A DNA stretch of 64,000 nt from contig OZ024740.1 of the NCBI GenBank assembly GCA_964016885.1, forward strand, positions 115,010,001 to 115,074,000, given 5' to 3'. Position numbers and translations under genes: made by a program. The DNA is from Eledone cirrhosa. Lineage: Eukaryota. Shown piece by piece: positions 1-14,202 of this stretch (position 1 is the first letter of the stretch; each line of letters begins with the position of its first letter). The notes beneath the pieces were generated by a model. It did no database searches, was not told where the DNA came from, and saw only the letters and a program-made list of their open reading frames with translations.

Positions 1-532
1 TTGGCACAACAAAGGTAGGCTTTTGGTTGCATATTCTAATGTTTCTCACTTAATATAATGTTCAAATTAAATTCAAAATTCTTTGTGGAACATTGAAGAG
101 GCGGATTTGAATAAAATGCGAGTATTATTGTAGGCAATGTAAACGGCATATTCAAACTAAAGCTCAGGGCAAAATAATATTCCATATTTCGTAAATTGTG
201 TGTATGATTTATTATCTGCAATGTCATATAGTTGTAGCATAGATATCCGCTTCATTTGTGCAGAGGTTTACTGAGATTACATATATGTTCAACAATTACA
301 TGATCGTATATACCGGGGCTGAGGAACGGGGGTGGCTTGGAGGTGAATATACACCCCAGCCTACAACCATCAATAACATATATGGTACTTTATGAGAAAA
401 AATGAATAACGAACAATTAAGTTAAAGATAATATGGTGCGTGTGTTTCCTACTATTGCCAACATGACCATCCCCAAATATATCAATATCGGTTTCAACAC
501 ACGATTTCACACCAAGAACCTTGCAGAACGAA

Positions 533-585
<53 letters not shown>

Positions 586-689
586 GGGGTGGCGAGTTCT
601 CTCATTACATCTTCCTAAAAGCTATGACACGTTCACGCTCAGCATATTGAAATATTATTGATATTATCATCATCATGTCGAATTTCCTC

Positions 690-1450
690 GGAGAACGTTG
701 ATAATTATACTTCACTTGTCCCTATCTAGCATGGTTTCCGTGAATTAATTCTTTCTATGTTTTATGTCTTTACAAATCCGCTCCAGAAACGAAGCATGTG
801 ACCCACCTCCTTTTCTTCTACAATGTATGGGTTCCCACAGCAATACCTGGTGTAATGCTATTGACTGATCTCTTTGCCATACGCGATCTATGAGACAGAG
901 CCTTCTAGTCTTTATGACGGCTGTAATCGGTGTTAGGTCGCTGTATAGAGACTCGTTTGTTATGTGCTCCCCACAATATATATTTTGTACTCTTCTCAGT
1001 AGACTTGTATATATGCCATGTAACCGTCTGTCCATCTCTTTTGCGGTTGTCCAGCACACTTATAACTGTTGATTGATCTTAACCTTTACTTTGGTCTTCA
1101 AGTTTGATCTCAAAAATGATATCCATTTTATTTGCAGCTCTCTAGGCTAAGTTAATTTCAGTGTTCATGTCTTTTTCTACAGTGTTGATCCACGAACCAG
1201 GATACCTAAATTCCTGATCTCCTTTTAGGTAATTTCTATTTCATGACACAATATCACCCTTTTTCTGGTTATATGCAATATATTCCGTCTTTTTTTCATT
1301 TATGTGAAGTCCAATATTTTCAGCAACTCATTCCGCCATCTAACAACAGCTATGCTCTTTCGCTGGTGTTTGATAAGAGTGAAATATTGCCTGCAAAATC
1401 AGCATCAGATATTCAATGTGTTGCTACGATGAGGCTGTAGTGTGAATCAT
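690..1450 (-). mobile_element. Degraded RTE-like non-LTR retrotransposon, 3' part of RT
   Basis: Minus ORF 745-1059 (WTTAKEMDRRLHGIYTSLLRRVQNI...HITNESLY...RRL...LLWEP...RRKGG) matches the post-RT C-terminal region typical of RTE-clade LINEs; upstream frames are broken by stops. Confidence 0.6.
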
Positions 1451-1614
1451 ATTAGATATACTAATTATATATATAACGCCTATCAGGTTATTTTAAATAC
1501 TGTTAATGAATGTGAAGCCACCTATCTGATGAATGGCTAAATCTATTTCCGGTATATACACTACAATAAACCTCTCGTTTTATATTTATTATATTTATTA
1601 TTGTTATCATTCTA

Positions 1615-1765
1615 TCTGAGTTCAAATCCCGCCGAGGTTATCTTTGCCTTTCATCTTTACGTGGTCGATAAAATAGGGCACTAGTAATGAACTTGGGTCG
1701 ATTTAATTTACTTTCCCCTCCCCTAAAATTGCTGGCCGTGTGCCTAAAGTACAAATAATTATTGT
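1615..1765 (+). mobile_element. tRNA-derived SINE fragment (same family as 13892-14110)
   Basis: CTGAGTTCAAATCCCGCCGAGGTTATCTTTGCCTTTCATC...GTCGATAAAATA: B-box and body shared with the other copies. Confidence 0.7.
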
Positions 1766-4700
1766 CCTTATTATTCTCAATGCCTAAAAAGGTTTTCCGA
1801 GTTATTTATTGTGATATATCCATATATAACCAGATATCGAAATTGATCACAATTGGCAAAATAAATAAAAATCACTATCAAACATAAGTACCCTGATTTT
1901 AATTCCAGAGCCGGTCCCAAGATATTTAGGACATTAAGCAAGCTCCACAATGTATGTTCCATTATTTCAAATAAAATAATTTCAGCTTGCTCTTTAATAA
2001 ACTGAGGAATCTAGATTTTGAGACTATAAGTAGCTTATACAGTCCTACTATCCCAACACTAAACCATGTGATACGTTTTGTTTTATGTTTTGAGTTCGAA
2101 TAGTTCCGATTCTTTAAAGTACCAGCCGACATCAATAGATTGGTGGAACCATTAAACTTGTTGGTGTGTGTTCCAGTTCCCTGAGATCTGAGTTCAAATT
2201 ATACTGTGGCTGACTTGTGTGGAAGACAAAATACGTGACTACAACGCCTAAAATATGGTCCTTGGATGGTTGCTTTAGTAGAATTCATTCTGTAACAATC
2301 ATTTTCATCATCTCTCCGATTTGTAGTTATCATTTTCCCTCCCTTTCTCGAGTTTACGAAACCTGGAAAAAGCATCATAGACATAACTAAGTGATAACAA
2401 AAATATTTTGCAGGATCGATATGAAATATACTTCAATGAGTTTGAAATTTTATATTTTCTACTAATTTGAAAACATTGTGCAATCTTGTAGAAAGCCACT
2501 TATTCCGATGTACAAAGGAAACATGATTAAAACTTTTTCTCTAAATGCACTGTCACGTGGAACCCAATCAGTAAACTGACGTAAAATAGTACCACAATGC
2601 CATATAAAGGATATGGAGAGTATACTCCAATGTGGCTAAAAATCATAATTCATATTGATATTTAGTGGGATAGAGGTAGGTTAACTGCATATATATGTGT
2701 TAGACCTCCATCGGTTTTAACAAGTGTTCCAGTTGCTTGATCAGCGGAACAGCTTGCTATTGAGAGTAATGTGCAAGTAGCTGAGCATTCCACAGACACG
2801 CGTACGTGTTTAGCATGACAGTGTGTGACAAGCCTGATCTTTTCTGCTAGCTGAGTAGACAGAAGCAATTGAAGACAAAGTGCTTTGCTCATGGACACCG
2901 AAAATCGTGACCCAACCTACTACTCTAGGCGTCTTCATAATACATAAATATGTCACATATATGAATAGTTATGTGTACGTGGGTTGTATGGTTGATTCAA
3001 TAACAAGACGGACATTGTCTTTATAGTTTGACGTTTAATTCTTATGTTCGTAGATCATCTTTAGGTAGATCCAATGGGAGAAAATATACACATTGGATAT
3101 ATATTTTTTCTTTTATACTGATATCAGCCATTTGGCTGCACACAAAGGATTTTAATCAATCATATTTGGTCTGGAACTTTATACCGAATATGTTAATCCA
3201 CATATTTGAGTGTCCTATTAATAATAGGACACTCAAATATTTGAAGTGTGTGCATATAATAGTTTTATATGCACAAACTTCAAATATACGATTTCAACTC
3301 AATATTTGCATGTGATCTAACCAATATTTCTTTCGTTTAGAAAATATAATTGCATTGCATTGGATTACAGTGAGATAACAGCGTAATGTTTCACTTTCAT
3401 CATTTCTCGATCGATAAATAAAGTACCAATAGTGGCGACGATATTTCTCGTTTCCTTCTCTCTCACTTTCACTCACTCACCCTCTTGAAAATCCGCTGTG
3501 GTCAAATTGAAGTGGGGGTGCCACTGGGTTTTAAAAGTCCGAGATTTGCCATTTATCCGGATGGTGACACACTACTCCATTAGGAAATCAGAGGTCAGCT
3601 ATTAATACATATGTAAAATAGTAATAAATGAAAATGTTATGACATGTATGGGCTTACCTTGTGCAAACGGACCGATTCACAATCTACACACCATGTTTAT
3701 CGATAATACCCCTCTTCAGTATATGCCACGTCAATGGGGAAAAACGTTACATACTGTGCAGACTACGAAAATTGCTCAGAAGACAAAGTTACCATATTAG
3801 ATAATTTAGGCTGGATTTCGAATAACATTCAATGATTTAGAAATGATTATGTGTTCAGCAAAAGAAGAGGTCCCTAATAAACACGAGATAGCATGCCGTT
3901 AGACAATGGAGATTTAAATCGGTCAAGCCAATAACCATAGAATTACACTTTATTAAGAGGTCTCTTGGTTGTAAAAGAAATCATGCACAGCAAACCAATT
4001 GAAAGATAGGATAGACCCATCCGGCCATACTCCACCCAATCGTACTGACGCCAGTACTAAACGTATTAAGATAATTTGAATTCAGGACTGGTGAAATACT
4101 GTAGATTTGTCGCTATTGCACAATGCATTGACTCTTTTTATTCCAGTTCTCTCTGTATTTCATTTGATATGTTTCATGATGGAAATGAACGAAGAAATCA
4201 ATCGCCTTTAGACTAGAAGATTTATTCTTCTTCATATCCCGGCAGAAAATTGAACAACTTTACTTCCCTATATTATAACACAATACATTGCAGTTTAAGC
4301 AAATCTGTCATCCATTGCAGTTGGAACGAACGCAATTAATTTGATGGCAAGTTTGATGTTATTGTATGCGGAAATCTTGGTACTGTGTATTTCTCTATTC
4401 AGTCAAGATGAACACGGAACATTCATTTTCGCAGCAATAGGCTGCCTAGGAAAATAAATAAATCCATTTAGAATGGAAGCACTCATCCTCCATTTTCATT
4501 ATTTCCAGGAGTTTCAGTTGAATAGTCTTAGAGTAAAGATCACTGATCTTTCGAAAAAGTAATCATAACGGATATTCTTCTTTCCCTCCGAGGAAATTGA
4601 TGGTTCAGTAACAGTAGCAAAACAATAATTTTACAACTAACGTCTCTTAATATTTTTCAACAGTTATTATTTCTAAATATTACCGGTCCTTCACCCTCAC

Positions 4701-5339
4701 CTACGCACTATTTCGTCATATTTAAATGATTTCTTCCTTTGCTTAAGAATAAAATATATTTCTTTCCTGGGAATATTTAATGTCAATGCCACTAGTGTCA
4801 AAAGCAATCATTTACAGACTTCATGTTCATTGTTCCGATCATAAACCAAAACGAAAATAAAAACAAATAAGACGTTGTCAAAATTATGTACGATGTTAGG
4901 AATCCTGTTTCTTCGCTGGCTTTCATTTAATCAGATTATAATATTTATATACTGCACTATTGAGACTGTCTTACAGACGAATTCGTGACCATGTTTCGAT
5001 TTCCGTTTAGAATTAGTTCACTTCAGTTATTTCGCCAACATCATCCGCAGAGTAAAGAATTTCAAATAATTTCATTTCTGTCCTTTCCCGTTTAAATATG
5101 AAGCTTTATGTCTAGTCGGAAGAAATACTACCGAGGACAACTTTCCTTTTCATCCTTCCGTAGTCGTTAAAATAAAATACTCCTCAAAACCTTAGTTCAA
5201 TATAATCAACTGTGCTCTTCCTCAATATTTGAAACCTTATTCCTGTGTATGAAATCAATATTTTTCAATCACCTGTTTAAGTGCATGTTCGACAATCGCG
5301 ATCGATGAAAACTATAACTTTGGGTATGCTATTAATTCC

Positions 5340-5630
5340 CGGCTCATGCAGTATGGGTAATGCTCACTACCATTGGAATAAGAAGGGAGAAGAAAGCTAC
5401 ATTTCACATGATGGGAGAGACAGCAGAAAGAGCTTCTCCTTGGCTATGGAACCGAAGAGATGAGATAAGCTGGAAGCCAAGAGGAGTAGATGGGCAGCAA
5501 TTTGGTTATAAATGTGGATGCACCAAAAGAGAGTGTTACGGTTAAGTGTCAACACACACAATACATTCTGGGGAACGCCTGAAGACATCAACACCTCCTT
5601 GTCAAAGCTATGTTCACTGAAGGTAAAGGA
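5340..5630 (+). mobile_element. 3' fragment of a restriction-like-endonuclease LINE (Hero-like)
   Basis: Peptide LTTIGIRREKKATFHMMGETAERASPWLWNRRDEISWKP resembles the AAERAS-WLW-RR C-terminus of Hero-type elements; recognised from memory only. Confidence 0.4.
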
Positions 5631-6372
5631 ATTTTAAGATGTGTTTATATTTACGTGTACTTATATCTGTATGTATATATATGTGTGTGTGTGTGTCGAT
5701 GTGGGTGTGGGTGCATGTGGGTGTATGCATGATTGTGTGTGCGTTTATGTATAACTATATGTATATATGTATATATATGAGCGTATGTGTGTATATATTC
5801 GCGTGTGTGTATCTGTATGTATGTGTGTGTATGTGTGTGTGTGTATGTGTGTGTGTGTGTGTATGTGTGTGTGTGTATATATATGTGTGTGTGTGTGTGT
5901 GTATGTGTGTGTGTGTGTGTGTGTGGTATAGAAATTCGATGAAACCGAAAAATCATCAATATATTGAATTCACATTAGATAATACATATAAGTGATCATC
6001 GGGATAGTTTAAGTTAGAATATGCCCGTTAAGAAGTAGAAGTGCTGTCTTGTTACCCAACAACCTTACAGTATGCACAACACTGCAGCCATTTATAGATC
6101 AGGTCGATTCTGATAACAACGCTTTACCACATCAATTCCTTGCTACTGTTTATTTGAGTTGCCATTATGATGTATAATCTGGTTTGTGTTCATAGATTAA
6201 CATTGAGCATATGTACATACGTCTGTTTCAGAAACGAATAGAGAACGAGAAAGGGTGAGGGAGAAAATACAGGAAGAGGAGGGGAAGGAGGAGGGGTGAT
6301 TGGGTGGGGGGTCGAAGATAGACGTAACTCTATACTGCAAAGCATGGTGTTTAACGCTCTACCGATACTTCC

Positions 6373-6434
<62 letters not shown>

Positions 6435-6853
6435 GGGAAGAAGACACACATCGTGAATAGAAGGTCGAGAAATCGCTCCCGTAAGTTTTGATTTTTTAAC
6501 ATATTTAAATCAATTGTGAAATAACAATTCTTAGTACAAATGTTGCATAAAACATCCAGCTTGAGTCCCAAAAAATTCGGATCCACAATATATTGTTATA
6601 ACGCTCAAATATTCAATTTTGTATTATACATTTTATATTCAAAAAAGAAAATGGTTATAAATGGAAGAAAACCCCTCTGTCTACACTATATAGAACAGCC
6701 AAATAACAGCAATTTCACCAACATCAGAAACTAGATACACCACCTACCCCATCACCCCTCTGTGTACACTAAACACAACAGCCAGATAACGGCAATTTCA
6801 CCACCACCACCACCAATCTCAGCATAATAATAATAATTACTATTACTATTGCC

Positions 6854-7700
6854 TCAAGTTTTAATTTTAACAAAATGTTTAATTCCAATATTAAGGAAAA
6901 TATGTCAACTCATATACGCGACTAACGATAATTTCACTAAAGATAATTTCACCACCAATACCACCACCACTACCACGATGAAAACTCTGGTCAAGTCGAC
7001 TCAAATTTCTACTCCAACATCAACACCATCACTACAGTAATACGACCACATCATCACCACCACCACTGCCTGATTATCGCTACCGCCGCTACTCTCTCCT
7101 GCTACCTCCTGCTAGTTGCTGCTGGCACAGCACCGCCACCACCACCGACGCCGCTGCCTCAATATCACTACCGCCGCTATTCTCTCCCGCTACCCCCTGC
7201 TACATTGTAGAATTCTCACTAAAAGAGGAAAACATCAAAATATATAAATAGACTGAATTGATGACCCGGTCAAAATAAAAAATAAAAAAAACAATAATCA
7301 AAATCAAGTTTTAGTTTTAACAAAATGTTTAATTCCAATATTAAGGAAAATATGTCAACACATATACGCGACTAATGATAATTTCACTAAAGATAATTTC
7401 ACCACCAGTGCCACCACCACTGCCACGATGGAAACTCTGGTCAAGTCGACTCAAATTTCTACTCCATCTTCAACACCATCGCTACAGTAATACGACCACA
7501 TCGCCACCGCCGCTGCTTCATTATCGCTACCGCCACTATTCTCTCCCACTACCTCCTGCTAGTTGCTGCTGGCACAGCACCGCCATCGCCGCCGCCGCCG
7601 CTGCCTCATTGTCACTACCGCTGCTATTCTCTCCCGCTAGTCCCTGCTACATTGTAGAATTCTCACTAAAAGAGGAAGGCATCAGAATATATAAAAATAA
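6854..7700. repeat. Tandem duplication of an ~450-bp unit
   Basis: TCAAGTTTTA(A/G)TTTTAACAAAATGTTTAATTCCAATATTAAGG starts at 6854 and 7304; similarity continues to ...CTCACTAAAAGAGGAA with scattered substitutions. Confidence 0.9.
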
Positions 7701-7912
7701 AACAAAAAAAACAAAAAATCAAACAAAAATCAAAATCAAAGCAGCACAGCAACAACGAAAAACGTAGAGGAAATAAAAATGAAGAGAAAAACAAACGGTC
7801 GGACAGAGAAGGGAAGGGAAAAACTTAGTCAGACATTCAAACACTACATTACAATGAAACTTGTGCTTATTCATTTTTGGGGTTTTTCTGCCTGTTTGTT
7901 TGTTTGTTTATT

Positions 7913-10900
7913 TGGGTTCGTCTACAGCGTGATAATGCCACACAAAAATCACGTGGAGTGACGAAACCACCGGAGACAAGTAATTCACCGGTGGTTATGT
8001 AACCATACATTCGCCAATCCTCGATAAGAGTGTTTAAATGTCGAACCTGAACAGTTCGAATAACTGTGAAATGGAGACTAAAATGTCATGTGACAGACTC
8101 TCACCCAACAGGTGCTCCCTGGCTCCGCAGCAGGGACCTGGCTGTCAACCAAATACTGCTGGTGTCGGAGGAAGAAGAAGGAAAGGGACCAGAACCAACT
8201 GGACGAAAGAATTGAATAGAACTGTTATGCAATGTTACCTGAAGAGTAACCCCAAGGAGAAGGGCCATAGGAAAAGGATGCATAACATCTGGAACGAGAT
8301 TGGTCCATTTAAATTAGATGAACAAAAACTGGCCGGGCAGGCTCGGGTAATAAGAACTAATAGGTGGATAAGCGAGCTGGAACTGGAGGAACTGAGCAGA
8401 GAGATTAGCTTGGAGATGGAGGGTGGAGTATACCAGGCAAACGAGCCAGTGGGAAATGAAGGTGAAGAGGTCGAGAGAACGGAGGAACCACCCGAAACAG
8501 ACAATGATCTGAATGCTGAGATAAATAATACCTGGAACAGAGATACGGCCACTGAGGAGATGAATGCTGACGGGCTAGGACAAGATTTGGTAGATATCCT
8601 AAACTTAGTGGTAGATGAATTGAACAATGATAGTGGGAGACCTATGAACCTAAGATTTATAGACAGGAAAAAGTTAAAAGAAACAACAGCTAAGGTAAAC
8701 AAAGTCATCCCATACCTTGAGGCGAGGAGCCTTCACCAGTGCAACAATATCCTCAAAGCAACAGAAAATACGGTGAGGAAACTACTTGGTATAAAAGCGA
8801 GAGGAAACAACAGACAAGAAAGAGCAGAGCATTGGTGGAAGAAACGACTGAGTGGTCAAATCAGGGAAATGAGAAATGACATTGGAAAGCTTGAGTCCCT
8901 ACTGAATGGGACACTAAAAAACATAGACACTAAAAATAGACTGGAAATAAAGTACAAAACTAGGAGGAAAAAGCTAAATATTATCATACAGGAACTGAAG
9001 CAACGCATTGTAGCAAAGAGTGCAAAAATCAGGCGATACGAGAATAGAGTCAGCCAGTATAGACAGAACCGCATGTTCGACAACAACCAGAAGATGCTGT
9101 TTGGACAGCTTGAAGGGAAAGAAAGAGGCAACGACTTGATCCCTGAGGCGGAACAAACTAAAACATTCTGGAGAGGAATATGGGAGCAGGATGTTAAACA
9201 TAATGACCAGGCAGTGTGGATTGAGACAGTACAGAAGGAGATCAGTGAACAGGCACACCAACAAACTGTATCACAGTTGAAACGCTTAATGGGCAGGCCA
9301 AAAAACTAACCAACTGGAAATCACCTGGCCCAGATGGTGTGCAGGGCTATTGGATTAAAAACATAACATCCCTCCACCCGAAACTGACAACCATGTTCAA
9401 TGACTGCTTGATGTCAGGTGAGGTACCAGAGTGGTTGACAAAGGGTACCACAGTTCTGATAATGAAAGACCGAATGAAGGGTAATGATGTTACCAAATAT
9501 AGACCTATCACATGTCTGTCCGTAATATGGAAACTGTTGACAAGCATTATGTCTGAGGAAATCTACCATCACCTCCACACAAACAACTTGTTACCGGACG
9601 AACAGAAAGGATGCCGAAAGAAGTCACGTGGTACAAAGGACCAGTTACTTATTGATAAGATGGTAATGAGGAATTGCAAGAGGAGACACACTGGTCTTGC
9701 CATGGGATGGATAGACTACAAAAAGGCATTTGACATGGTGCCTCATTCTTGGATCACCAAAAGCCCGGAGATCTTCAAGGTGGCAGATAACATCAGACAG
9801 TTGTTGGGTAAAAGTATGAAGTCCTGGGAAACAGAGTTAACATCATCTGGAGAATCCTTGGGAAGCGTGAAGATCAAGAGTGGTATCTTCCAGGGAGATA
9901 GTCTGTCCCCTCTGTTGTTTGTCCTTGCCCTGATGCCCCTGACCAGTGTACTGCGAAAAGTGAGAGCAGGATACAGGTTGGGAAAGGGAGGGCTTACCAT
10001 CAATCACCTCCTCTTCATGGACGATCTTAAGCTCTTCGGGAAGAGTGAGAAGGATTTGGATGTGCTTGTTGACACTGTCCGTATTTTCAGCAGTGATATA
10101 TGTATGCAATTTGGTATTAGTAAGTGTGGAGTCATTGTGATGAGGAGGGGTAAGTTGAGCAGAAGTAACGGAATCCAGATACCAACAGGTGAGATGATAA
10201 AGGAAATTGACTCTGAGGAAGGATACAAGTATTTGGGCGTTCTGGAGGCTGATGACATCAAGAACAAAAAAATGAAGGAATTGATAAGAACTGAATACCT
10301 TCGGAGAGTAAGGAGCGTATTAAAGTCAGATCTGAACAGTAGGAATGCCATAAGTGCAGTAAATTCCCGAGCTGTGTCTATTATTAGGTACAGTGCGGGA
10401 ATTCTGAGATGGAATGACTGATCAACAAAAATAAATGGATAGGAAGACTAGGAAGCTATTGACAATCTACAATATGTTCCACAAGAGGAGTGATGTCGAT
10501 AGACTCTACTTAAGGAGATCTGAAGGTGGAAGAGGTCTTATCAGCATAGAAGACTGTGTTCAGATGGAGAAAAACAACCTACACAAATACGTGACTGATA
10601 GTAAGGAGCCAATGCTCAGAACTGTACTGAAGGAGGGGACAATAGGCCAGGGGATGTCCAAGGAGGAAATAACATCAAGGAGAAAGAGCAGCCTTAAGGA
10701 AAAATCCCTTCATAGTACCTTCTTTGAGAAAACTGAATTTAGAGATCCACAGACATGGAACTGGTTGAAAAGAGGAGACCTTAAAAAGGCTACAGAAGGA
10801 ATGTTAATGGCTGCGCAGGAGCAGGCCCTCAAAACCAAGTGGTTGAAACACTACATTTACAAGGAGGAGGCTAGCCCACTGTGCAGGATCTGTGGAGAGA

Positions 10901-11528
10901 GAGAGGAGAATGTGGCTCACATTGTATCCGAGTGTAAACACCTAGCCCAGACTCACTATAAGGGCTGGAGACATGATGTGATGCGCAGGGTGATCCACTG
11001 GCACCTATGCAAAGTAAACAATTTACCACATTCTGAGAAGTGGTATGAGCATAAGCCAGAGGCGGTGATAGAAAACGATCAGGTGAAGGTGCTGTTGGAT
11101 TTTAGGATACAGACGGACAAGAAACTGGAACACAATAGACCTGACCTGTTGGTTTTGGAGAAAGAAAAAAGATCGTGTCTGATTGTGGATGTGGCCTGCC
11201 CTTTCGACACGAGAGTGCAAGAGAAGGAGAGGGAGAAAATTAACCGATACCAGGACTTAAAGTGGGAGGTAAAGAGGATTTGGAACTGCCATGAAGTCAA
11301 AGTGATCCCGATTGTCATAGCCGCACTAGGGACTATCTCAAAAACTTTCCAGGGATGGTTAAAGAAAATTGGCCCCTTCACGCTTTTTGGAACGCTTCAA
11401 AAGGCATGCTTGCTCGGAACAGCAAGAACCCTCCGATACGTCCTGAATATCTGAGGCTGCAGGTAGTGGCTTGATATTCATTTCAACAAACTTTCCAGTT
11501 AACTAACATCAATGACTGAGACTCAAAA

Positions 11529-11530
<2 letters not shown>
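7913..11530 (+). mobile_element. Near-full-length R4/Dong-clade non-LTR retrotransposon
   Basis: One long coding unit split in three pieces, with RT, CCHC and RLE motifs; short 3' UTR running into (TAA)n at 11531-11563, consistent with the TAA-repeat preference known for Dong elements. The 5' boundary is estimated. Confidence 0.85.
8038..11454 (+). pseudogene. RT-CCHC-RLE polyprotein, disrupted near 9300 and 10421-10435
   Basis: NWKSPGPDG, YRPITCL, WIDYKKAFD, GIFQGDSLSPLLF, HLLFMDDLKL, YKYLG (RT); CRICGEREENVAHIVSEC (CCHC); RHD, NRPDLL, IVDVACP, EKINRY (RLE). Confidence 0.9.
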
Positions 11531-11563
<33 letters not shown>

Positions 11564-11565
<2 letters not shown>

Positions 11566-12345
11566 CTTTCTTTATTAACCACAAGGGTTTACATAAACTA
11601 GACATTAAGGACAGTACAGGACAATACAGGACGGTACAAATGGGCAATTCTGCGTGTAAAAAACAAGAAACAGAGGATGTAATAATAGAACAATGAAAAA
11701 ATTCCCCAATAGGGGGGAGACTGCCGAGGGACATTCGTGGAGAAAGCCCATTAAAAAGCTACAGTGACCCTGACCACCAGGGCAAGTGCCCTCTCCCACT
11801 TTTCCACCTTTAATTTACAGACACATACTCAGAGTAGGCCCATTCACTCGGACCATACTTGCCTCCCTCACCCATCTTTCAACAAAATGCTGGGAAGAGA
11901 GCATTTCCCTTTCTACCCTGATTTTCCTTTTCAAATGAAATTTGAAAATTTAATCAGGGCATCACCGAAGAGGTAAGTGCTCGTCTTCAGCCCTTTCAAA
12001 CGTGTCCACCATACTATCTATTTCGCCATGGCCACCAGACCCATAAAAACTGCCTGCCCTTCCCGGCTAAAGGAGGAGGGCGGGGCAATCCTCACGATGG
12101 ACTCAGCTGATAGTTGGATCCGTCCTACATGCGACAGCAGGTGTTCGACATAAACCCACCAGTCAGCAATGCTCGGACACTGGACAAGTGCGTGCAGGAC
12201 GGTTTCGTCGCCCTGCGCGCATCTCGGACATGCCCGGCTGACGGCACCTCCATGCCTGTAGAGTTTATCCCGAACTGGCAAAGTTCCTCAGTAGCACTGC
12301 CAGGCCAGGGATTTCTGGAAGTTGTCCATAGCCAATCTCTTCGGA
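11564..12345 (-). mobile_element. 3' fragment of L1/Tx1-type LINE flanked by (TAA)n
   Basis: ORF 12018-12281 PVRDKLYRHG...CPRCAQGDETVLHALVQCP is the zf-RVT-like CCHC of L1/Tx1 ORF2; TAA repeats at both ends. Related 3' tails occur near 12435 and 51190. Confidence 0.7.
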
Positions 12346-12486
12346 ATAATAATAATAATAATTGTTTCTACTTTTGGCACAAGGCCAGCAATTCACCAGT
12401 GCATTACTGCTACTTTATTTTATAATAATAATAATGATTTCATTTATTAGCCACAAGGGCCGACATGTAGGAGACAATAGTAACAA

Positions 12487-12562
12487 AGAAGAAGAAGAAG
12501 AAGAAGAAGAAGAAGAAGAAGAAGAAGAAGAAGAAGAAGAAGAAGAAGAAGAAGAAGAAGAA
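12487..12562. repeat. (GAA)n microsatellite
   Basis: Direct observation. Confidence 0.95.
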
Positions 12563-13103
12563 AACGTTATTACACAACACTAGGCATATACAATTTAACA
12601 TAATGACGTTTATTCTCCAGAGAAATATTGACCTTCAGCTAAGAAAAATTACCTGTGAACCAGTTATAAGCAAAGGGGTTTTAAAATTGAAGCCGTACCG
12701 ACATTGGAAAAAAGCAGTTTTTATAGTCTCACGTATACGCCCATGTTTGTATTCTAGGAGCCCGCTGTGTAAGAAATCACTTATAGATTAAAAGCAAGCA
12801 TTGTTTTCGTCAGGATGAACTAACTGTATGAACTTTCAAAGATATATTTGATTTTGCCTTTTAATTTAATACTTATATTAAGTGAAGCCAGAAACCTATG
12901 CGGGGAGGCACAGAAATTCGCTTTTGTTGTGTGTATGTGTGTGTGTGCATGTCTGGGAATGTGTGTGTGTGTGTGCGTGTGTGGGTGTTGATATGTATGT
13001 GTGTGCTTGTGTTTCTGTGTATGTGTTTAAGAATATGTGTGCGCGTGGATGGTGTATATATGAGTATGTGTGTGTGCGTGGGAAAATGTGTGTGTGTGTG
13101 CGT

Positions 13104-13164
<61 letters not shown>

Positions 13165-13891
13165 CTTTGAATATTAGCAATCTTATGTCGATATTATTCA
13201 TATCAAATCAAAATATAAACAGGTAAATTTTAAAGTAGCCTCGTCTTAACAACTTAACAATAGTATTTCCGGGCTATAACAATGTCATTATGGGACAGGA
13301 ATGTCCGCAAGAATATCATTGTCAATTGTTTTCTATTCAAATACTTGACACGACTTTGATTTCTTTTGAATTTTATACCTATATATAGTGTTGATATTCG
13401 TTTCATAAATCACATTTGGTTTCCTAATTCTATCTTTGTGTGTATGTAAATATGTATGTATGCATGTATGCATGTATGTAAGTATGCATATATGTATATA
13501 TGTATGCGTTTATGTATGTATGTATGTGTGTATGAATGTATAAATGTATGTATGTATCTATCTTTGTATATCTGCGAGGGGGGGGGGGGGTGAAAATACT
13601 CGGTTTGTAGCCCGAGCACGCGGTTAGCAGACCAGGAATGAAAAACCGCTAATACATTTCTGCTCCTGGTGACTCACCTCTATCTTTCTATTTCTTCTTT
13701 AATTCCAGATTCTATTTTCTTATGAAAGATTAGCCTCCGAAACGGTAAGAACTTTTCCTATTATACTAAGCATGACAATAATATATATCTTCATTGAACT
13801 GCGTCACCTCTTCGGATCATTGGAGCTTTCATTGCATCTTATATATATATATATATATATATGTACCACTCTTAAGCGTGAAACTAATAAT

Positions 13892-14110
13892 GGTTTCTTA
13901 TATAGGCACAAGGCCAGTGCTTGACTGGTACTTTATTTTATCGACCCCGTAAGGATGAAAGTGTTTGACTGGTACTTTATTTTATCGACCCGTAAGGATG
14001 AAAGGCAAAGTTAACCTCGGCGGGATATGAACTCAGATCAAAAAGGGCCGTAACTCTATGCGGCAAAGCATGGTGTCCGACCCTCTACCGATACTGCCAA
14101 TCCACCGCCC
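13892..14110 (-). mobile_element. tRNA-derived SINE with ~19-bp target-site duplication
   Basis: On minus strand A-box-like TGGCAGTATCGG and B-box GAGTTCATATCC; TSD TAAGCG(T/G)GAAACTAATAAT at 13873-13891 and 14111-14129; internal ~41-bp duplication. Confidence 0.85.
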
Positions 14111-14202
14111 TAAGCGGGAAACTAATAATAACATTTATACTGTCTCTTCGTTTTTCTGTTTTTTGTTCTCTGTTTACTTAAAAAAAAAAATATATATATA
14201 TA

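Noticed and set aside
1522-1560. CTGATGA followed by a short hairpin
   Set aside because: No GAAA or stem III, so not an HHR as it stands.
3600-4600. Possible host exons or a degraded Merlin/ISXO2-like transposase (TLLPYIITQYI)
   Set aside because: Frequent stops and only a faint motif resemblance; cannot be supported without a search.
13892-14110. tRNA gene
   Set aside because: A/B boxes are present but there is no cloverleaf; multi-copy with TSDs, so a SINE.
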